NCBI GenBank assembly: GCA_040768745.1
Contig: JAXGMI010000001.1
Coordinates: forward strand, 1,440,001-1,504,000
Reading direction: 5' to 3'
Source of the DNA: Desulfomicrobium sp.
GTDB taxonomy: Bacteria; Desulfobacterota; Desulfovibrionia; Desulfovibrionales; Desulfomicrobiaceae
DNA length: 64,000 nt
A program made the position numbers and the translations under genes. Below the pieces are notes generated by a model. The model was given only the letters and a program-made list of their open reading frames with translations. It searched no databases and had not been told where the DNA came from. Positions 1 through 11,650 of the stretch are shown piece by piece. Numbering within the stretch: position 1 is the stretch's first letter; every line of letters begins with the position of its first letter.

Positions 1-2368
1 AGGCGTCGGTCGGTACAGTGATCTGCCCCCGCAACTTGCCGTTCACCTGCACCACCACGGTTACTTCGTTTGTTTTGAGGGCTTCTGGGTCGTAGGATGG
101 CCATGGCTCCAAAGCCAGGGGCCTGGTATAGCCCATGCGGGCCCAGAGTTCCTCGCAGATGTGCGGCGCAATGGGGGAGAGGGTCACCAGAACCGAGGAA
201 ATGGCCGACGACAACAGCAAGGGGCCGTCAGGGTGCCCGCGCAATTCGTCTTTGACGGCATAGAGCGTGTTGACCAGTTCCATCATGGCGGCGATGGCCG
301 TGTTGAATTGGAATTTGTTTTCGATGTCGCGCTCCACGCGTCGGACCGTATCGTGCTCCTTGCGGCGCAGGTCCCTCCCGATGGGGTCCAGAAGGCTGGC
401 AACCCTGGCACAGGGACCACAGGCCGTCAGTGCGCCCTCAAGTTCATCCACCAGGCGCCACAGACGGGACAGGAAACGGTTGGCGCCTTCGATGCCCTTG
501 TCGTTCCATTCCAGGTCCTTTTCCGGGGGCGCGGCAAAAAGGCAGAACAAACGAACCGTGTCTGCCCCGTACTGCTCTATCATTTCATCAGGGTCGACCA
601 CGTTTCCCTTGGATTTGGACATCTTCGAGCCGTGCAGCAGGACCATGCCCTGAGTCAGCAGGTTCTGGAAGGGTTCATCATGGGAGAGGTAGCCTTCATC
701 CCTCAGGGCTTTGACAAAGAAGCGGGAATACAAAAGGTGGAGGATGGCGTGTTCGATACCCCCGATGTACTGGTCCACAGGCATCCAGTAGGCAATGTCC
801 TCGGCAGTGAAGGGTGAGTCTTCGTTGCGAGCTGCTGTATACCTTGCAAAGTACCAGGAAGATTCCACAAAGGTGTCCATGGTGTCGGTCTCGCGCCGGG
901 AAGGCTTGCCACACGCGGGGCACGACACGGTGACGAAGGACGCACAGGATGGCAGCGGAGAACGCCCATCCGGATTGACCTGCACGTCCAGGGGCAGTTC
1001 CACGGGCAGATCCGTTTCCGGGACCGCCACGATGCCGCAGGCGTCGCAGTACACAACAGGGATGGGCGCTCCCCAGTACCGCTGGCGGGAGATGTTCCAG
1101 TCCCTCAGCCGATAGTTGACCGTGGGCCTGCCCAGACCTTTGGCGCCGAGCATGGACACGATGGCGTCCTTGGCTGCTTCGGAATCCATGCCGTCGAACT
1201 CGCCGGAATTGGTCATCACCCCGGGCTGGGTATAGGCTTCGACCATGGAATCCGCTTCCAGTGTTGCATCCCTGGGGCTGATGACAACAACCTTGGACAG
1301 ACCGTATTTGGCCGCAAATTCAAAGTCTCGCTGGTCATGGGCAGGAACGGCCATAACCGCCCCGGTGCCGTAGCCCATGAGCACAAAGTTGGCCACGTAG
1401 ATGGGCATCTCCCGGCCAGTGACCGGATTGATGCAGTACCTGCCGGTGAAGACGCCCTCCTTTTCCAGATCCTCGGCCGTGCGCACGATGCGGTCCATCT
1501 TGGAGATGCGCTCAACGAAGGCGCGGATGTCATTCTCCTGTCCCGTGCCGGAAATAAGCTTTTCCACCAGCGGGTGCTCGGGGGCCAGGCTCATGAAGGT
1601 CGCCCCGTAGAGCGTGTCCGGCCGAGTGGTGAAAACCGTGATCTGCTCGTCCATGCCTTTGATGGAAAACGCAAGTTCGGCGCCCACACTCTTGCCGATC
1701 CAGTTGCGCTGCATGGTCAGGACACGTTCTGGCCAGCCCCCGACCAACTGGTCGAGGTCAGCCAGGAGTTCTTCGGCATAGTCCGTGATGCGCAGGAACC
1801 ACTGCGACAATTCCTTCTGCTGGACCTCCGAGTCGCAGCGCCAGCACAGTCCCTCTTCGACCTGTTCGTTGGCCAGGACCGTATGGCAGCTGGGGCACCA
1901 GTTCACAGGGGCTTTCTTGCGGTAGGCCAGCCCCTTTTTAAGAAACTTGAGAAAAAACTCCTGCTCGAAGCGATAATACTTGGGGTGGCAGGTGGCGATC
2001 TCCCGTTCCCAGTCGTAGGAATAGCCCAGGCGCATCAGCTGGGTACGCATGTAGTCAATATTCTCGTAGGTCCATTTGGCGGGGTGGGTACTGTTCTTGA
2101 TGGCCGCGTTTTCCGCAGGCAGGCCAAAGGCGTCCCAGCCCATGGGATGGAAGACGTTGAAGCCCTGCATGCGTTTGTACCGGGCCACCACGTCGCCGAT
2201 GGAATAGTTACGCACATGGCCCATGTGGATGCGACCGGACGGGTATGGGAACATTTCCAGGACGTAGTACTTCCTCTTTTTCCTGCTCACGTCGGTCCGG
2301 AAGCAGGCCTGGTCTGCCCACGTCTTTTGCCATTTCTCCTCAATCGTCTTGAAATCGTACTGCGCCAT
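1..2368 (-). CDS. leuS: Leucine--tRNA ligase (3' end runs off the window)
   Basis: Manual minus-strand translation from ATG at 2368: [17 protein letters not shown]...[22 protein letters not shown] (HIGH-like motif). Also contains KMSKS and [18 protein letters not shown]. Absent from the ORF track because no stop lies in the window. Confidence 0.97.
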   Translation of the reverse strand, partial: MAQYDFKTIEEKWQKTWADQACFRTDVSRKKRKYYVLEMFPYPSGRIHMGHVRNYSIGDVVARYKRMQGFNVFHPMGWDAFGLPAENAAIKNSTHPAKWTYENIDYMRTQLMRLGYSYDWEREIATCHPKYYRFEQEFFLKFLKKGLAYRKKAPVNWCPSCHTVLANEQVEEGLCWRCDSEVQQKELSQWFLRITDYAEELLADLDQLVGGWPERVLTMQRNWIGKSVGAELAFSIKGMDEQITVFTTRPDTLYGATFMSLAPEHPLVEKLISGTGQENDIRAFVERISKMDRIVRTAEDLEKEGVFTGRYCINPVTGREMPIYVANFVLMGYGTGAVMAVPAHDQRDFEFAAKYGLSKVVVISPRDATLEADSMVEAYTQPGVMTNSGEFDGMDSEAAKDAIVSMLGAKGLGRPTVNYRLRDWNISRQRYWGAPIPVVYCDACGIVAVPETDLPVELPLDVQVNPDGRSPLPSCASFVTVSCPACGKPSRRETDTMDTFVESSWYFARYTAARNEDSPFTAEDIAYWMPVDQYIGGIEHAILHLLYSRFFVKALRDEGYLSHDEPFQNLLTQGMVLLHGSKMSKSKGNVVDPDEMIEQYGADTVRLFCLFAAPPEKDLEWNDKGIEGANRFLSRLWRLVDELEGALTACGPCARVASLLDPIGRDLRRKEHDTVRRVERDIENKFQFNTAIAAMMELVNTLYAVKDELRGHPDGPLLLSSAISSVLVTLSPIAPHICEELWARMGYTRPLALEPWPSYDPEALKTNEVTVVVQVNGKLRGQITVPTDA

Positions 2369-2405
2369 GCTGTCCTCGATAGCGTGTTCCCGGGAGGGGT
2401 TGTCC

Positions 2406-2840
2406 TCAGCGTTGGTCTCGTTCAGCGCCCTTGGCCGCTGCGTCCAGAACGCCGTTGATGAAAGTCCTGGAGTTGTCGTCTCCGAAATCCTTGGCCAGTT
2501 CTATGGCCTCGTTCATGGCCACTTTGAAGGGAATGTCCGGGCAGAAAAGCATTTCAAACAGGGAGAGCCGCAAAATGGTCAGTTCGACCTTGGCTATGCG
2601 ATTGATTTTCCAGTGTTGGGAGTGCTTGACGATGACGGCATCGATCTCTTCTGCATGGTCCAAGACCCCCTCAACCAAACTCCAGGCAAAGGATTCCCTT
2701 GGATTTTCTCCGAAATCTTCTTCAGTCCAGAAATTGTCAAAGGATCTGGCCAAGGCGTCCTTGGTCGCGTCATGGCTGAAATTCAGCGAGTAGATGACCT
2801 GAAAGGCGAAGCGGCGCTGATGTCTGCGGTTTTGACTCAC
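2406..2840 (-). CDS. nusB: Transcription antitermination factor NusB
   Basis: Arg-rich N-terminus, [20 protein letters not shown]...FINGVLD; follows ribH. Confidence 0.96.
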   Translation of the reverse strand: MSQNRRHQRRFAFQVIYSLNFSHDATKDALARSFDNFWTEEDFGENPRESFAWSLVEGVLDHAEEIDAVIVKHSQHWKINRIAKVELTILRLSLFEMLFCPDIPFKVAMNEAIELAKDFGDDNSRTFINGVLDAAAKGAERDQR

Positions 2841-2849
2841 GCTAGGCCT

Positions 2850-3320
2850 CTAAATCTGCTGCAGGACACGCAGGGTTTCCAGGGCTGCAGCGGCGGCGTC
2901 CACCCCTTTGTTGCCGGCCTTGCTCCCGGCTCGTTCAATGGATTGTTCGAGGGAATCCGTGGTCAGCAGACCGAATCCGATGGGGATACCGGTTTCCAGG
3001 GAGACATGGGCGATGCCCTTGGTGGCTTCGCTGCAGACATAGTCGAAATGGGGAGTGGCTCCACGGATGACAGCGCCAACACAGATGATGGCGTCGGCTT
3101 TTCCGGACTTGGCCACCTTGCTGGCCACGACGGGCATTTCGAAGGCCCCGGGAATGCGGATGAGGGTGATGTTCTCGCGCTCAGCTCCATGCCGGATCAG
3201 GTAGTCCACGGCGCCGCCGATGAGCCGGTCCACGATGAAGTCGTTGAAACGGCTGGCGATGATGGTGAATTTGAGGTCCTGGGCCTGCAGATGCCCTTCG
3301 ATGGTTTTGATGTGAAGCAT
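2850..3320 (-). CDS. ribH: 6,7-dimethyl-8-ribityllumazine synthase
   Basis: [33 protein letters not shown]. Start reassigned to MLHIK (3320), with GGAGG RBS. Confidence 0.97.
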   Translation of the reverse strand: MLHIKTIEGHLQAQDLKFTIIASRFNDFIVDRLIGGAVDYLIRHGAERENITLIRIPGAFEMPVVASKVAKSGKADAIICVGAVIRGATPHFDYVCSEATKGIAHVSLETGIPIGFGLLTTDSLEQSIERAGSKAGNKGVDAAAAALETLRVLQQI

Positions 3321-3333
3321 GAGTCCTCCAAAT

Positions 3334-4548
3334 TTATTTGTTCCCGGCGTCCAGGTGCAGAAGGTGGCCAAGCTTGGCGAACTTGGTGTGCAGATAGCAC
3401 TTGTTTTCCTCGCAGGCCGGAATTTCGATGGGCACCCGCTCTTCAACCTTGAGGCCATAGCCTTCCAGCCCGATGATTTTCTTGGGGTTGTTGGTCATGA
3501 GCTTCATTCGTTTGATACCCAGGTTGACCAGTATCTGGGCCCCCAGGCCGTAGTCGCGCAGGTCAGGGGCGAAGCCCAGTTCAAGGTTTGCCTCCACGGT
3601 GTCACGGCCTTCATCCTGAAGATGGTAGGCCTTGATTTTGTTGCCGAGGCCGATCCCCCGTCCTTCCTGGCGCATGTAGAGGATGACTCCCGCTCCTTCT
3701 TCATTGACCATCTGCATGGCCCGCTGCAGCTGGCTGCCGCAGTCGCAGCGCATGGATCCGAACACGTCGCCAGTCAGGCATTCGCTGTGCACGCGCACCA
3801 GAATCGGTTTGTCTTCGGAGATTTCTCCCTTGACCAGGGCGATATGGGTCTTGGAGTCAATATCGTTTTCAAAGGCCATGATGCTGAATTCGCCGTAGCA
3901 GGTGGGCATGCGGGCCTCGGCCACGCGGCGGACCAGGGAGTCCTTGCGCGATCGGTAGGCGATGAGATCGGCAATGGTGGCGATCTTCATATTGTGCTCG
4001 GCGGCGAACTTGCGAAGTTCCGGCATGCGCGACATGGTCCCATCATCATTCATGATCTCGCAAATGACAGCCGCCCCTTTGAGTCCGGCCAGGCGGGCCA
4101 GATCGACAGACCCTTCGGTCTGCCCTGCCCGGACCAGGACTCCTCCAGGCTTGGCCCGCAAAGGGAAGATGTGGCCAGGGGTGGCGATGTCTTCGGGAGT
4201 GGTGTCGTCGGCCACGGCGGTCTGCACCGTCAGGGCACGGTCGTGGGCCGAGATTCCGGTGGTCACGCCCTGCTTGGCCTCGATGGATACCGTAAAATTG
4301 GTCCCGAACTTGGACGTGTTGCGCTTGGCCATGAGCGGCAGCTGGAGCTTGTCCACCAGCGCAGGCTCAAGGGCCAGACAGATGAGACCCCGGCCGAATC
4401 TGGCCATGAAATTTATGGCCTCAGGGGTGACCTTTTCCGCAGCAATGGTCAGGTCCCCCTCGTTTTCCCGGTCCTCGTCATCCACCAGGACGATCATCCG
4501 GCCTTCCTTTATTTCTTTGATGGCCTCCTCGGCCGTGCACCTGTGCAT
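3334..4548 (-). CDS. ribBA: Bifunctional DHBP synthase / GTP cyclohydrolase II
   Basis: [34 protein letters not shown]. Confidence 0.97.
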   Translation of the reverse strand: MHRCTAEEAIKEIKEGRMIVLVDDEDRENEGDLTIAAEKVTPEAINFMARFGRGLICLALEPALVDKLQLPLMAKRNTSKFGTNFTVSIEAKQGVTTGISAHDRALTVQTAVADDTTPEDIATPGHIFPLRAKPGGVLVRAGQTEGSVDLARLAGLKGAAVICEIMNDDGTMSRMPELRKFAAEHNMKIATIADLIAYRSRKDSLVRRVAEARMPTCYGEFSIMAFENDIDSKTHIALVKGEISEDKPILVRVHSECLTGDVFGSMRCDCGSQLQRAMQMVNEEGAGVILYMRQEGRGIGLGNKIKAYHLQDEGRDTVEANLELGFAPDLRDYGLGAQILVNLGIKRMKLMTNNPKKIIGLEGYGLKVEERVPIEIPACEENKCYLHTKFAKLGHLLHLDAGNK

Positions 4549-4564
4549 ATGTTCCTCGTATGTT

Positions 4565-4586
4565 GGATTCCCGCGAAGGCGGGATC
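4565..4586. repeat. REP-like short palindrome (TCCCGC-GAAG-GCGGGA)
   Basis: The 14-bp core CCCGCGAAGGCGGG recurs as the reverse complement within 45061-45088. Confidence 0.55.
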
Positions 4587-5241
4587 AAAATCCGTGTTCC
4601 TTCAGAAAATCAGGGGTGATGGCCGACGGTCTGGACGGGGCGGAGGAAGCGGTCCACGGTCCAAGCATACGCTGGACATACTTGCCAATGACGTCGGTCT
4701 CCATGTTGACACGCTGCCCTGGAGTCCAGCCGGAGATGGTTGTTTCCCGCTGCGTGGCCGGGATGATGTTTACTTCCAAATAGTCCTGACCGCAATCGTT
4801 GACAGTCAGGCTGATGCCGTCCAGGGCCACTGAGCCTTTGGGGATTACCTGCCGGGAGAAGGCCGCGTCAAAGCCCAAACGGTAAATCAGGGATTCGCCA
4901 GCCGGACGCATGGACAGGACATGGGCTACGCAGTCGACATGACCAGACACGATATGGCCGCCAATCCTGTCCCCCAGGGACAGGGCCCGCTCCAAATTGA
5001 CCGAGGCGCCTGCGCGCAGGCCGCCAAGGTTGGTGACAGATAAGGTCTCGGCCGAGGCATAGGCAGTGAACCAGTCAGCTCCGAATGTTTCAACGGTGAG
5101 ACAGACTCCGTTTACGGCAATGGACTCACCGTGTTGGTAATCGGTCAGGACAAAGCAGGGACGGAGGGTGAAGCGGGTGTCGTTCCCGCGACGGTCCATC
5201 GTTGCCACGTGACCTGTGCCCTGAATGATGCCAGTGAACAT
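4585..5241 (-). CDS. ribE: Riboflavin synthase (alpha chain)
   Basis: MFTGII N-terminus, GESIAVNGVCLT, VNLERAL, GGHIVSGHVD. Confidence 0.97.
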   Translation of the reverse strand: MFTGIIQGTGHVATMDRRGNDTRFTLRPCFVLTDYQHGESIAVNGVCLTVETFGADWFTAYASAETLSVTNLGGLRAGASVNLERALSLGDRIGGHIVSGHVDCVAHVLSMRPAGESLIYRLGFDAAFSRQVIPKGSVALDGISLTVNDCGQDYLEVNIIPATQRETTISGWTPGQRVNMETDVIGKYVQRMLGPWTASSAPSRPSAITPDFLKEHGF

Positions 5242-5244
5242 GCC

Positions 5245-6372
5245 CTACTCCTTGGGACGCAGTCTGAGGTAGAGATCCGGGCCAAAGAAGCGTCGCTCCA
5301 TCAGGCGCAGTTCCCATGCCTCCTGCATGGAAGTGACGTCCCGCCCGGCAAAGGCCGAACGTCCCTCTTCGTCTCCGAGAATTTTCATGGCCTGGAACAG
5401 GCGCAATTCGTCAACCAACCCCTGGGCGAAAAACGATCCGGCCAGATGTCCGCCGCCCTCGATCAACGTGTACAGGCAACCCCGGTCCCGGCGCAGGATG
5501 CGGAGACCTTCCCCCAGATCCAGTCGGTCGGTCGTCCATCCCGAAAGGAGGGGAAGGCTCCAGACCGAGACGCCCAGGTCTGCAAGACGTGCGGCCCGGG
5601 TGGATCGGCTTTCGGCCTCAGTGGTCCAGAAGATGGTTTGTTCCGGTCGCTCGTTCAGCAGGACACACGTTTGCGGTGCTTCGGGCAGAAAGCGGGACAC
5701 GACGACGGCCAAGGGCTGGGGGCCGCTGTATCCGGCCAGCCGGCAGGTCAGCTGGGGGTTGTCCGCCCGTAAGGTTCCCCCCCCGATGATGACCGCCCCG
5801 CACCATGATCGGAGCCGGTGTACTTCGCGACGGGAGGCCTCCCCGCTGATCCAGGCCGAATGGCCATGGCTGGTGGCGATTTTCCCATCCAGGGTAGTGG
5901 CCAGCTTGAGGATAGAAAAGGGGCGTTCCGTGGTCTGCCAGATGAGGAAATCGGCAATGAGGTCCCTGCATGCCCCCTCTCGTACGCCTTGACGGACTCT
6001 CAAACCCTGGCTGCGCAGGAACGCCGCTCCTCCGCCGGCCACATTCGGGTTGGGATCCGGACAGCCGATGATCACCTCAGGCAGGCCCGCATCCAGGATG
6101 GCCCTGGTGCAGGGCGGCGTCCTGCCCTGGTGGTTGCAGGGCTCCAGGGTGACATAGAGGCTGCAATGGCGTGGGTCAACACCCTTGGCCCGGGCGTCGA
6201 GCAAGGCTGCGACCTCAGCGTGGGGTTGCCCGCATGCCGTGTGAAAACCCTGGGCCACGATGCGATTCTGGCTGACCAGGACTGCCCCGACACAGGGGTT
6301 TGGCGCGGTCCGTCCCCGCCCCTGTTCGGCCAATTTGATGGCCCGGACCATGAATCGGGCATCAACGGTCAT
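5245..6372 (-). CDS. ribD: Riboflavin biosynthesis deaminase/reductase RibD
   Basis: [39 protein letters not shown]. Start set at MTVDARF. Confidence 0.95.
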   Translation of the reverse strand: MTVDARFMVRAIKLAEQGRGRTAPNPCVGAVLVSQNRIVAQGFHTACGQPHAEVAALLDARAKGVDPRHCSLYVTLEPCNHQGRTPPCTRAILDAGLPEVIIGCPDPNPNVAGGGAAFLRSQGLRVRQGVREGACRDLIADFLIWQTTERPFSILKLATTLDGKIATSHGHSAWISGEASRREVHRLRSWCGAVIIGGGTLRADNPQLTCRLAGYSGPQPLAVVVSRFLPEAPQTCVLLNERPEQTIFWTTEAESRSTRAARLADLGVSVWSLPLLSGWTTDRLDLGEGLRILRRDRGCLYTLIEGGGHLAGSFFAQGLVDELRLFQAMKILGDEEGRSAFAGRDVTSMQEAWELRLMERRFFGPDLYLRLRPKE

Positions 6373-6826
6373 GGGGCCTTCTCTCCATACGTTGATAGGG
6401 GATCCCCGATTCATCCAGCATCTCCCTTGACATTTCGTCCGGATAGCCTTCGGCGAAGTGGATGGCCCTGACCCGGCAATTGATGAGCATCTTGGCGCAG
6501 AGGATGCAGGGCTGGGTGGTACAGAAGATGTCCGCACCTTCGATGCTGACCCCGTGTATGGCAGCCTGAATGATTACGTTCTGTTCGGCATGCAGGGCCC
6601 GGCAGAGCTCGTGGCGCTGCCCTGAGGGGATGCCGAGCTTTTCCCGCAGGCAGCCGATGTCCAGACAGTGGGTCAACCCGGCAGGTGCGCCGTTGTAGCC
6701 AGTGGCCAGAATGCGTTTGTCCTTCACAGCCAGGGCCCCGACCTTCCGCCGCAGACAGGTCGAGCGTTCGGCGACCAGGTAGGCGATGTTCATGAAATAG
6801 TCGGGCCAGGGAATGCGTTTGTCCAT
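6362..6826 (-). CDS. dCMP deaminase family (ComEB-like) zinc protein
   Basis: [26 protein letters not shown]. Confidence 0.92.
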   Translation of the reverse strand: MDKRIPWPDYFMNIAYLVAERSTCLRRKVGALAVKDKRILATGYNGAPAGLTHCLDIGCLREKLGIPSGQRHELCRALHAEQNVIIQAAIHGVSIEGADIFCTTQPCILCAKMLINCRVRAIHFAEGYPDEMSREMLDESGIPYQRMERRPHDR

Positions 6827-6914
6827 GTACACCTCGTCCGCTCATGAAACGAAGCAACCACAGGACCCGTCGAAGAGCCCTGTGGTTGGTCAGAATCCAA
6901 GAAAGGCGCCTTGA

Positions 6915-8153
6915 TTACCAGGCAAAGAGCGGGAACTGGCCCGCGAATTTTTCCACTTCTTGCCGCACTTGGGTCAATCGGGACTCATTGTTCAGGTTCT
7001 GCAGCACGGCCACGATCCACTTGGCCACCTTGCGCATGTCGTCTGACTTCATGCCGCGTGTGGTCAGGGCAGGAGTACCCAGGCGGACGCCGGAGGTAAC
7101 GAACGGCGAGCGGGTCTCGAAAGGCACCGTGTTCTTGTTCACCGTGATGCCGGCTCTGTCCAAACCGATTTCCGCGTCCTTTCCGGTGATGTCCTGGGCG
7201 GTCAGGTCCATGAGCATGAGGTGGTTGTCGGTACCGCCGGAAACCAGGTTGTATCCGGCAGCGGTCAGGTCCTGGGCCAGGGTCGTGGCGTTCAGGAGAA
7301 CCTGCTGCTGGTAGTCCTTGAAGTCAGGCTTCAGCGCCTCGGCAAAGGCCACGGCCTTGGCCGCGATGACATGCATCAGCGGTCCGCCCTGGATGCCCGG
7401 AAAAATCTGGGAGTTCAACGTCTTGCCAAACTCCTCGGAGCTGAGGATCATGCCGCCACGCGGGCCGCGCAGGGTTTTGTGCGTGGTCGTGGTGGTGAAG
7501 TGCGCATGGGGAATGGGGGTGGGATGCAGGTCCGTGGCCACGAGGCCAGCGATATGGGCCATGTCCACCAGAAGCTTGGCCCCGACGTTGTCGGCAATGG
7601 TCCGGAAGCGGGCGAAGTCCAGAATACGGGGATATGCACTGGCGCCAGCGATGATCAGCTTGGGCCGGTGCTCCTGGGCCAGGGCTTCCACGTCGTCATA
7701 GTTGATCTGGCCGGTTTCCTTTTCCACTCCGTAGAAAGCCGTTTTGAAGAGGCGGCCGGAGAAGTTGACCGGGCTGCCGTGTGTCAAATGCCCGCCGTGG
7801 GAGAGATTCATGCCCAGGATGGTATCCCCGGGTTCGATGGCCGCAAAATAGGCTCCCATGTTGGCCTGGGATCCAGAATGGGGCTGGACGTTGGCGTACT
7901 CGGCCTTGAACAGTTGCCTGGCCCGCTCCATGGCCAGGTTCTCGGCCATGTCCACGTACTCGCAGCCCCCGTAGTATCGCTTGCCAGGATATCCTTCGGC
8001 GTATTTGTGGGTCATGATGCTGCCCATGGCGATACGCACTGCTGGTGAGGTGAAGTTCTCCGATGCGATGAGTTCCAACTTGGTGATCTGACGGTTTGTC
8101 TCCAGTTGGATTGCCTTGGCAATCTGCGGGTCCTGACGGGTCAGTTCGTCCAT
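6915..8153 (-). CDS. glyA: Serine hydroxymethyltransferase
   Basis: [36 protein letters not shown]. Confidence 0.98.
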   Translation of the reverse strand: MDELTRQDPQIAKAIQLETNRQITKLELIASENFTSPAVRIAMGSIMTHKYAEGYPGKRYYGGCEYVDMAENLAMERARQLFKAEYANVQPHSGSQANMGAYFAAIEPGDTILGMNLSHGGHLTHGSPVNFSGRLFKTAFYGVEKETGQINYDDVEALAQEHRPKLIIAGASAYPRILDFARFRTIADNVGAKLLVDMAHIAGLVATDLHPTPIPHAHFTTTTTHKTLRGPRGGMILSSEEFGKTLNSQIFPGIQGGPLMHVIAAKAVAFAEALKPDFKDYQQQVLLNATTLAQDLTAAGYNLVSGGTDNHLMLMDLTAQDITGKDAEIGLDRAGITVNKNTVPFETRSPFVTSGVRLGTPALTTRGMKSDDMRKVAKWIVAVLQNLNNESRLTQVRQEVEKFAGQFPLFAW

Positions 8154-8191
8154 TGCTCCTCCCTATGTTGGCCGCGGGCGCGGCGGATCGT

Positions 8192-9433
8192 TTATTTGAA
8201 GCGGCGCAGAATGATGGAGGCGTTGGTGCCGCCAAAACCAAATGAATTGCTGATGCCGTATTCGAGTTGCATGTTCCTGCTGGCGTTGGGCACATAGTCC
8301 AGGTCACAGTCTGGATCCGGAGTATCCAGGTTGATGGTGCCGGGAACGATACCGGTCATGAGGCTCATGGCCGTAAACACGGCTTCGGCCCCTCCGGCGG
8401 CACCCAGCAGGTGGCCGATCATGCTCTTGTTGGCGGTGATGGGCATCTTGTAGGCATGATCGCCGAACACGGCCTTGAGTGCCTTGGTCTCGGTCTTGTC
8501 GTTCAGCTTGGTCGATGTTGCGTGGGCGTTGACAAAGCTTATCTGCTCCGGTCTGAGTGCGGCGTCGCGCAGGGCGCAGCGCATGGCCTGGGCCATGCCG
8601 GTCCCTGATTCTTCTGGTGCGGCGATGTGATATGCATCGCCCGAAGCCCCGTAACCCACCACTTCGGCGTAGATTCTGGCCCCTCTGGATTTGGCGTATT
8701 CGAGCTCCTCAAGCATCAGAAGCCCGGCCCCTTCACCGATGACGAATCCAGTCCGGTCGGCGTCAAAAGGACGGCTGGCCTTGTCCGGTTCGTCGTTTCT
8801 GGTGGACAGGGCCTTCATGGCGTTGAACCCCGATACGCCCATGGGTGTGATGGTCGACTCGACTCCCCCGGTGATGCAGGCCCTGACCCGGCCGAGTTTG
8901 ATGTCGGAGAAGGCATACCCGATGGCGTGGGTGGCCGAGGCACAGGCTGAGGTGGTTACCAGATTGGGCCCCTTCGCCCCGGTCTGGATGGAAATCTGTC
9001 CGGCGGCCATATTGGCGATGAGCATGGGGATGAAGAAGGGCGAAACGCGCCTGGGGCCGGCCTGCAGGAGCTTGGAATGAAATTCCTCGATGGTGGATAA
9101 ACCGCCCAGGCCGCATCCCAGCAGTACGCCGGTTTCCGGTGCGCTCTCTTCGTCCAGTACGAGGCCGCAATCGGCCATGAGCTGTTTGCCAGCGGCAACG
9201 GCAATCTGCACAAAGCGATCCATGCGCTTGGCGTCCTTGACCCCCATGTAGGAAGTGGGATCGAAATTCTTCAGTTCGCCGGCGATCCTGGTTTCGAATT
9301 CCGAGGAGTCAAACAAGGTGATGGGGCCGATGCCACTGACGCCAGCCACGAGGTTGGCCCAGCTTTCATGCAGGGTATTGCCGATGGGGGTCAGGGCCGA
9401 GAGGCCGGTGACGACGACGCGTTTTCCAATCAT
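8192..9433 (-). CDS. fabF: 3-oxoacyl-ACP synthase II
   Basis: RVVVTG, TSACASATHAIG, NAHATST, KSMIGHLLGAAG, NSFGFGG. Confidence 0.97.
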   Translation of the reverse strand: MIGKRVVVTGLSALTPIGNTLHESWANLVAGVSGIGPITLFDSSEFETRIAGELKNFDPTSYMGVKDAKRMDRFVQIAVAAGKQLMADCGLVLDEESAPETGVLLGCGLGGLSTIEEFHSKLLQAGPRRVSPFFIPMLIANMAAGQISIQTGAKGPNLVTTSACASATHAIGYAFSDIKLGRVRACITGGVESTITPMGVSGFNAMKALSTRNDEPDKASRPFDADRTGFVIGEGAGLLMLEELEYAKSRGARIYAEVVGYGASGDAYHIAAPEESGTGMAQAMRCALRDAALRPEQISFVNAHATSTKLNDKTETKALKAVFGDHAYKMPITANKSMIGHLLGAAGGAEAVFTAMSLMTGIVPGTINLDTPDPDCDLDYVPNASRNMQLEYGISNSFGFGGTNASIILRRFK

Positions 9434-9486
9434 GTTCTTCTCGAAAAATGACAATGCCTGCCGCGTGGGTCCGGCAAGCTGTGCAT

Positions 9487-9520
9487 GAAAAAAAAGGTAC
9501 CCCAGCCAGACCGGGGTACC
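9487..9520 (-). terminator. Intrinsic terminator after acpP
   Basis: GGTACCCC/GGGGTACC stem followed by a U-tract on the minus strand. Confidence 0.7.
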
Positions 9521-9544
9521 GTGTCACGGCAAATAGGGAAAATC

Positions 9545-9775
9545 CTAGGATTTGGACTTGATGTAGTTGATGGCATCCTGGACCGTGGCGATTTTCTGGG
9601 CGCCTTCGTCATCGATTTCGATATCGAATTCTTCTTCCATGGCCATGATCAGCTCGGTCAGATCCAGGGAATCGGCGCCCAGGGACTCCACGAAGGAGGA
9701 TTCGGGCTTGACCTCTTCGGGGGAGACACCCAGCTGTTCCACTACCAGTTCCTTGACCTTTTCTTCAATAGACAT
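9545..9775 (-). CDS. acpP: Acyl carrier protein
   Basis: LGADSLD phosphopantetheine site; 76 aa, acidic. Confidence 0.98.
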   Translation of the reverse strand: MSIEEKVKELVVEQLGVSPEEVKPESSFVESLGADSLDLTELIMAMEEEFDIEIDDEGAQKIATVQDAINYIKSKS

Positions 9776-9818
9776 TGTTTTCCTCCAGAGTGTGTATGCG
9801 TATGAGCTTGGAATCCGG

Positions 9819-10562
9819 CTACAGATATATGCCGCCGTTGATTCCGAGTACCTGGCCGGTGACGTAGTCCGCCTGGTCAGATGCGAGATATGCCACGGCG
9901 TCGGCGATGGCTTGCGCCGAGCCGAGGCGGCCCAGGGGGATTCGCTCCAGATACTTGGCGCGGACCTCCTCGGGCAAGGTTTCCGTCATGTCGGTTTCGA
10001 TGAAGCCAGGCGCAATGGCGTTTACGGTGATGCCACGCGACCCGAGTTCCAAGGCTGCCGCCTTGGTCAGTCCGATGAGGCCGGCTTTGGAGGCGCAGTA
10101 GTTGGCCTGGCCTGCGTTGCCCATCTGCCCCACAACGGACGAAATATTGACGATGCGGCCCCGACGCTGCTTGACCATGATTTTCGCGGCCTGTTGCAGG
10201 CAGACAAACGCCCCCGTCAGGTTGACGGTCAGGACCTGTTCCCAGTGCTCGCGTTTCATGCGGACCAGCAGACCGTCCTTGGTGATGCCGGCGTTGTTGA
10301 CCAGGAGGTCCAGACTGACCTTGTCCTTGATGTGGTCAGAAAAAAACTGGGCCACCGCATCCCAGTCGCTGGCGTCAAGCAGAAAGCCGCAGGCTGTGCC
10401 CCCTTCGGCTGCAACCAGGGAACGGACCTCTTCAGCCAGTTCCGGGCGGCTGACAAACGTGAAATAGACCTGGTACCCCAGGCCTGCAAGTTTTTTTACG
10501 ATCTCCCTGCCGATCCCTCTTGTGCCCCCGGTCACCAGGGCGGTCTTGGTCAGTCCGGTCAT
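9819..10562 (-). CDS. fabG: 3-oxoacyl-ACP reductase
   Basis: [21 protein letters not shown]. Start at MTGLTK with GAGGT RBS. Confidence 0.96.
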   Translation of the reverse strand: MTGLTKTALVTGGTRGIGREIVKKLAGLGYQVYFTFVSRPELAEEVRSLVAAEGGTACGFLLDASDWDAVAQFFSDHIKDKVSLDLLVNNAGITKDGLLVRMKREHWEQVLTVNLTGAFVCLQQAAKIMVKQRRGRIVNISSVVGQMGNAGQANYCASKAGLIGLTKAAALELGSRGITVNAIAPGFIETDMTETLPEEVRAKYLERIPLGRLGSAQAIADAVAYLASDQADYVTGQVLGINGGIYL

Positions 10563-10617
10563 GTCCACCTCGTGGCTATGGTCAACGTGAGCGAGTTGAG
10601 TGGTTACGCAATCGTCC

Positions 10618-11607
10618 CTAAAATTGCAACAACGCTGAGGCCCAGGTGAATCCACCGCCAAAAGCGCTCAGCAGGACCTTCATGCCCGATCTGATGCGCC
10701 CGTTGGCTACGGCCTCGGCCAGGGCAATGGGGATGGACGCGGCCGAGGTGTTTCCGATCCTGTCGACGTTGACGTAGACATTGTCCATGCTCACGCCGAG
10801 TTTTTTGGAGATGGCCTCAATAATGCGGATATTCGCCTGATGGGGGATGATGAGGTCGATGTCATCGGTGCGCAGCCCGTTGCGTTGCAGCAGGGATTCG
10901 GAAATTTCGGCCATGCAGCGGACTGCATGCTTGAATACGTCCCGACCGTTCATCTGTACGAAATATTCAGGGCCGATGGTCCCACCCAGCACAGGCCTGC
11001 AGGCGGAGCCCCCCCCGTGAATGGTCAGGAGGTTGCCAACTGAGCCGTCGGCCTTGAGCATGACATCCAGGACCCGGACCGGCCCTGGATGGGCAGCGCC
11101 TGTGACCACCGCGGCTCCAGCCCCGTCTCCGAAGAGAACGCAGGTGGATCGGTCTTCGAAATTGACACGGGAGGTGACAACCTCGCTGCCGATGACCAAA
11201 ATTCTGGCCTGAGGGTGGAGGAAGGTCAGCGCGCGGGCGGTCTCCAGGGCATATATGAATCCTGAGCAGGCGGCGGCCAGGTCAAAGGAAGGTATGCCCT
11301 TGAGGCCAAGCATGTCCTGCACCAGGCACGACGTGGAGGGGATGTTGTAATCTCCGGAACACGTGCCGACAATGATGTGCGTCAGGTCGCCGGGGCTGAC
11401 TCCGGCGTTGGCCAAGGCCTTGCAGGCTGCTTGGTGGGCCAGGACCGAACACGGTTCGTCAGGCTGGGAAAAATATCTGGAGGTGATTCCGGTACGGGTT
11501 CGGATCCATTCGTCGGTGGTGTCGACGAAGCGTTCCAACTCCGTGTTCGGTACGGCTGTCCGGGGCAGGTGCAGCCCCAGGCCGGCGATGGAACAAGGTG
11601 ATGACAT
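10618..11607 (-). CDS. fabH: 3-oxoacyl-ACP synthase III
   Basis: WIRTRTGI, AAACSGF, FGDGAGA, HQAN, GNTSAAS. Confidence 0.96.
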   Translation of the reverse strand: MSSPCSIAGLGLHLPRTAVPNTELERFVDTTDEWIRTRTGITSRYFSQPDEPCSVLAHQAACKALANAGVSPGDLTHIIVGTCSGDYNIPSTSCLVQDMLGLKGIPSFDLAAACSGFIYALETARALTFLHPQARILVIGSEVVTSRVNFEDRSTCVLFGDGAGAAVVTGAAHPGPVRVLDVMLKADGSVGNLLTIHGGGSACRPVLGGTIGPEYFVQMNGRDVFKHAVRCMAEISESLLQRNGLRTDDIDLIIPHQANIRIIEAISKKLGVSMDNVYVNVDRIGNTSAASIPIALAEAVANGRIRSGMKVLLSAFGGGFTWASALLQF

Positions 11608-11650
11608 GGAAGGGTTCCCCGTTGTGCCGCGATGGAGGAGGAAATCGGGG

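Noticed and set aside
6372..6914. FMN riboswitch ahead of the rib genes
   Set aside because: ribD overlaps the deaminase gene, and the 88-bp gap upstream shows no RFN consensus.
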